64,000 nucleotides of DNA from Thiohalomonadaceae bacterium (GTDB taxonomy: Bacteria > Pseudomonadota > Gammaproteobacteria > Thiohalomonadales > Thiohalomonadaceae), in contig JBNLAT010000003.1 in NCBI GenBank assembly GCA_050302275.1, forward strand, positions 37,877-101,876. The letters run 5' to 3'. The notes beneath the pieces were generated by a model. That model was not told the DNA's origin and made no database searches. It was given only the letters and a program-made list of their open reading frames with translations. Each line of letters begins with the position of its first letter. Position 1 is the first letter of the stretch. Position numbers and translations under genes: made by a program. Positions 62,808-64,000 of this stretch are shown one piece after another.

Positions 62808-63452
62808 TCACAACATGGAGGGTATCGGGTTGAAGTAGTGGCGACCGCGTTTAACGTTTCGGATCTGCTCCAGCAGCAGAATATAGTCGGCATCGCTCTC
62901 CGCCAGATCGATCTCGGCGGCGTTGACGATCAACAGCGGTGAGCCATTGTAATCGTAGAAGAAGCGGGCGTAGGCATCATTGACCCGGCTGAGGTAATCG
63001 AGCGCCATGCTCTCCTCACCCTTGCGTGCCCGCCGCATCACCCTCTGCATCAACACATCGACCGGTGCCTGCAGGTAGATCACCAAATCCGGCTGCGGCG
63101 CGTCGAGGGTCACCAGTTCGTAAGTCTGCTCGTAAAGCGCCAGTTCGTCCGGGTCCAGGGTCAACTCGGCAAAGAGTCGGTCTTTTTCCAGCATGAAATC
63201 GGCTACCCGCACCGGCTCAAACAGGTCGGCCTGACGGATCTGCTGCATTTGCCGCGCACGCTGAAACAGGAAGAACATCTGCGTCGGCAGGGCCGCATCG
63301 CGTGGACTTTGATAAAAGCGTTCGAGAAACGGGTTCTCTTCCGCTCCTTCCAGCAACAGTTCGCTGCCAAAGGTCTCCGCCAGACGGCGCGCCAGGGTGG
63401 TTTTGCCCACACCGATGGGGCCTTCGACGACGATAAACCTGGGGTCGCTCAC
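62808..63452 (-). CDS. deoxynucleoside kinase family protein
   Basis: 214 aa with P-loop EGPIGVGKTT and a dNK-like body. Sits between folK and panB. Confidence 0.8.
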   Translation of the reverse strand: MSDPRFIVVEGPIGVGKTTLARRLAETFGSELLLEGAEENPFLERFYQSPRDAALPTQMFFLFQRARQMQQIRQADLFEPVRVADFMLEKDRLFAELTLDPDELALYEQTYELVTLDAPQPDLVIYLQAPVDVLMQRVMRRARKGEESMALDYLSRVNDAYARFFYDYNGSPLLIVNAAEIDLAESDADYILLLEQIRNVKRGRHYFNPIPSML

Positions 63453-63498
63453 GTTACTCTTCCGTCCTGGCGGCAGTTAAAAGTTAGCGGAAAGAATA

Positions 63499-64000
63499 TC
63501 ACGCCGGGGAGGCATCGTCCTCACCCTGCGGCAACGGCTCGAGATCGTCAGTATTGATGGCGGCCAGTGCCTCGCGCAGGGTTTTCCCGTCAGGGAAAGT
63601 TAGCCCCGGAACCAGGTCAAACAGAGGCTGCAGGACAAAACTGCGCTGGGTGATGCCAGGGTGAGGGACTTGCAGCCGCGGCAGATCGATGACCTCGGGA
63701 CCATAGAGCAGCAGATCGAGATCCAGGGTTCGCGGACCCCAGTGCTCGCCCTCTCTGACCCGACCCTGCGCCTGCTCAATGGCCTGCAGCGCATCAAGCA
63801 ATTCCAGCGGCGCCAGACAGGTGTCGAACATCGCCACCGCATTAACGTAGTCGGGCTGATCGGCAGGGCCCATGGGCTTACTGCGATAGAAACGGGAGAC
63901 AGCGGTAAGGCGGGATTCTGGGATTTGCCGCAAACTTTCCAGCGCCTGCTGCAACTGTTGTTTGGGATCGTCCAGATTACTGCCGAGCCCGATATAGGCG
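63499..64000 (-). CDS. folK: 2-amino-4-hydroxy-6-hydroxymethyldihydropteridine diphosphokinase (5' end outside the window)
   Basis: The reading frame continues to the window edge (AYIGLGSNLDDPKQQL...). HPPK motifs GPRTLDLDLLLYG and LQVPHP are present. Confidence 0.9.
   Translation of the reverse strand, partial: AYIGLGSNLDDPKQQLQQALESLRQIPESRLTAVSRFYRSKPMGPADQPDYVNAVAMFDTCLAPLELLDALQAIEQAQGRVREGEHWGPRTLDLDLLLYGPEVIDLPRLQVPHPGITQRSFVLQPLFDLVPGLTFPDGKTLREALAAINTDDLEPLPQGEDDASPA

Overview
This 64-kb window looks like gammaproteobacterial chromosome, about 57-60% G+C, densely coded and mostly housekeeping. I infer the taxon only from gene content and order. I found no CRISPR array, transposase, integrase or prophage genes.

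Gene order, left to right:
- guaB (-), a small lipoprotein, then xseA, an M23 peptidase and a DUF2798 protein.
- A conserved but uncharacterised envelope cluster: TlpA-like redoxin, DUF4266 lipoprotein, DUF3570 and ApbE.
- slyD, followed by an AT-rich islet with two small membrane proteins.
- The classic minus-strand block der-bamB-yfgM-hisS-ispG-rodZ-pilW-rlmN-ndk.
- A full ISC operon, cysE-iscR-(extra NifS-like desulfurase)-iscS-iscU-iscA-hscB-hscA-fdx-iscX.
- trmJ, suhB, a GH114-like lipoprotein, secF-secD-yajC-tgt-queA and tRNA-Leu(CAA).
- A TatT-associated TRAP transporter (tatT-dctP-dctQ-dctM).
- A three-gene module: a CHASE2 class III nucleotide cyclase, a TPR/beta-barrel outer-membrane protein and a FecR-domain protein.
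- A glycogen and oxidative pentose-phosphate cluster: malQ, GH57, glgC, glgB, pgi, zwf, gnd, glgA.
- ppc, a small Cys-rich protein, panD-panC-panB, a deoxynucleoside-kinase-like gene and a partial folK.

The most interesting locus is 39053-44271. The FecR-domain protein ends in a motif pattern typical of TbpB/fHbp-type 8-stranded barrels, which are the cargo domain of Slam/DUF560 (type XI) secretion. Its gene sits 10 nt downstream of a Slam-sized TPR+barrel outer-membrane protein, which in turn follows the CHASE2 cyclase. I read this as a possible surface-exposed-sensor to cyclic-nucleotide signalling module.

Other notable items:
- A roughly 130-bp imperfect-palindrome intergenic repeat family with three copies.
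- A duplicated tRNA-Leu 3' end that looks like an att scar.
- A flavinylation-like motif in DUF3570, next to an ApbE that lacks a signal peptide.

All family assignments come from reading the translations and recognising motifs by eye. No searches were run.
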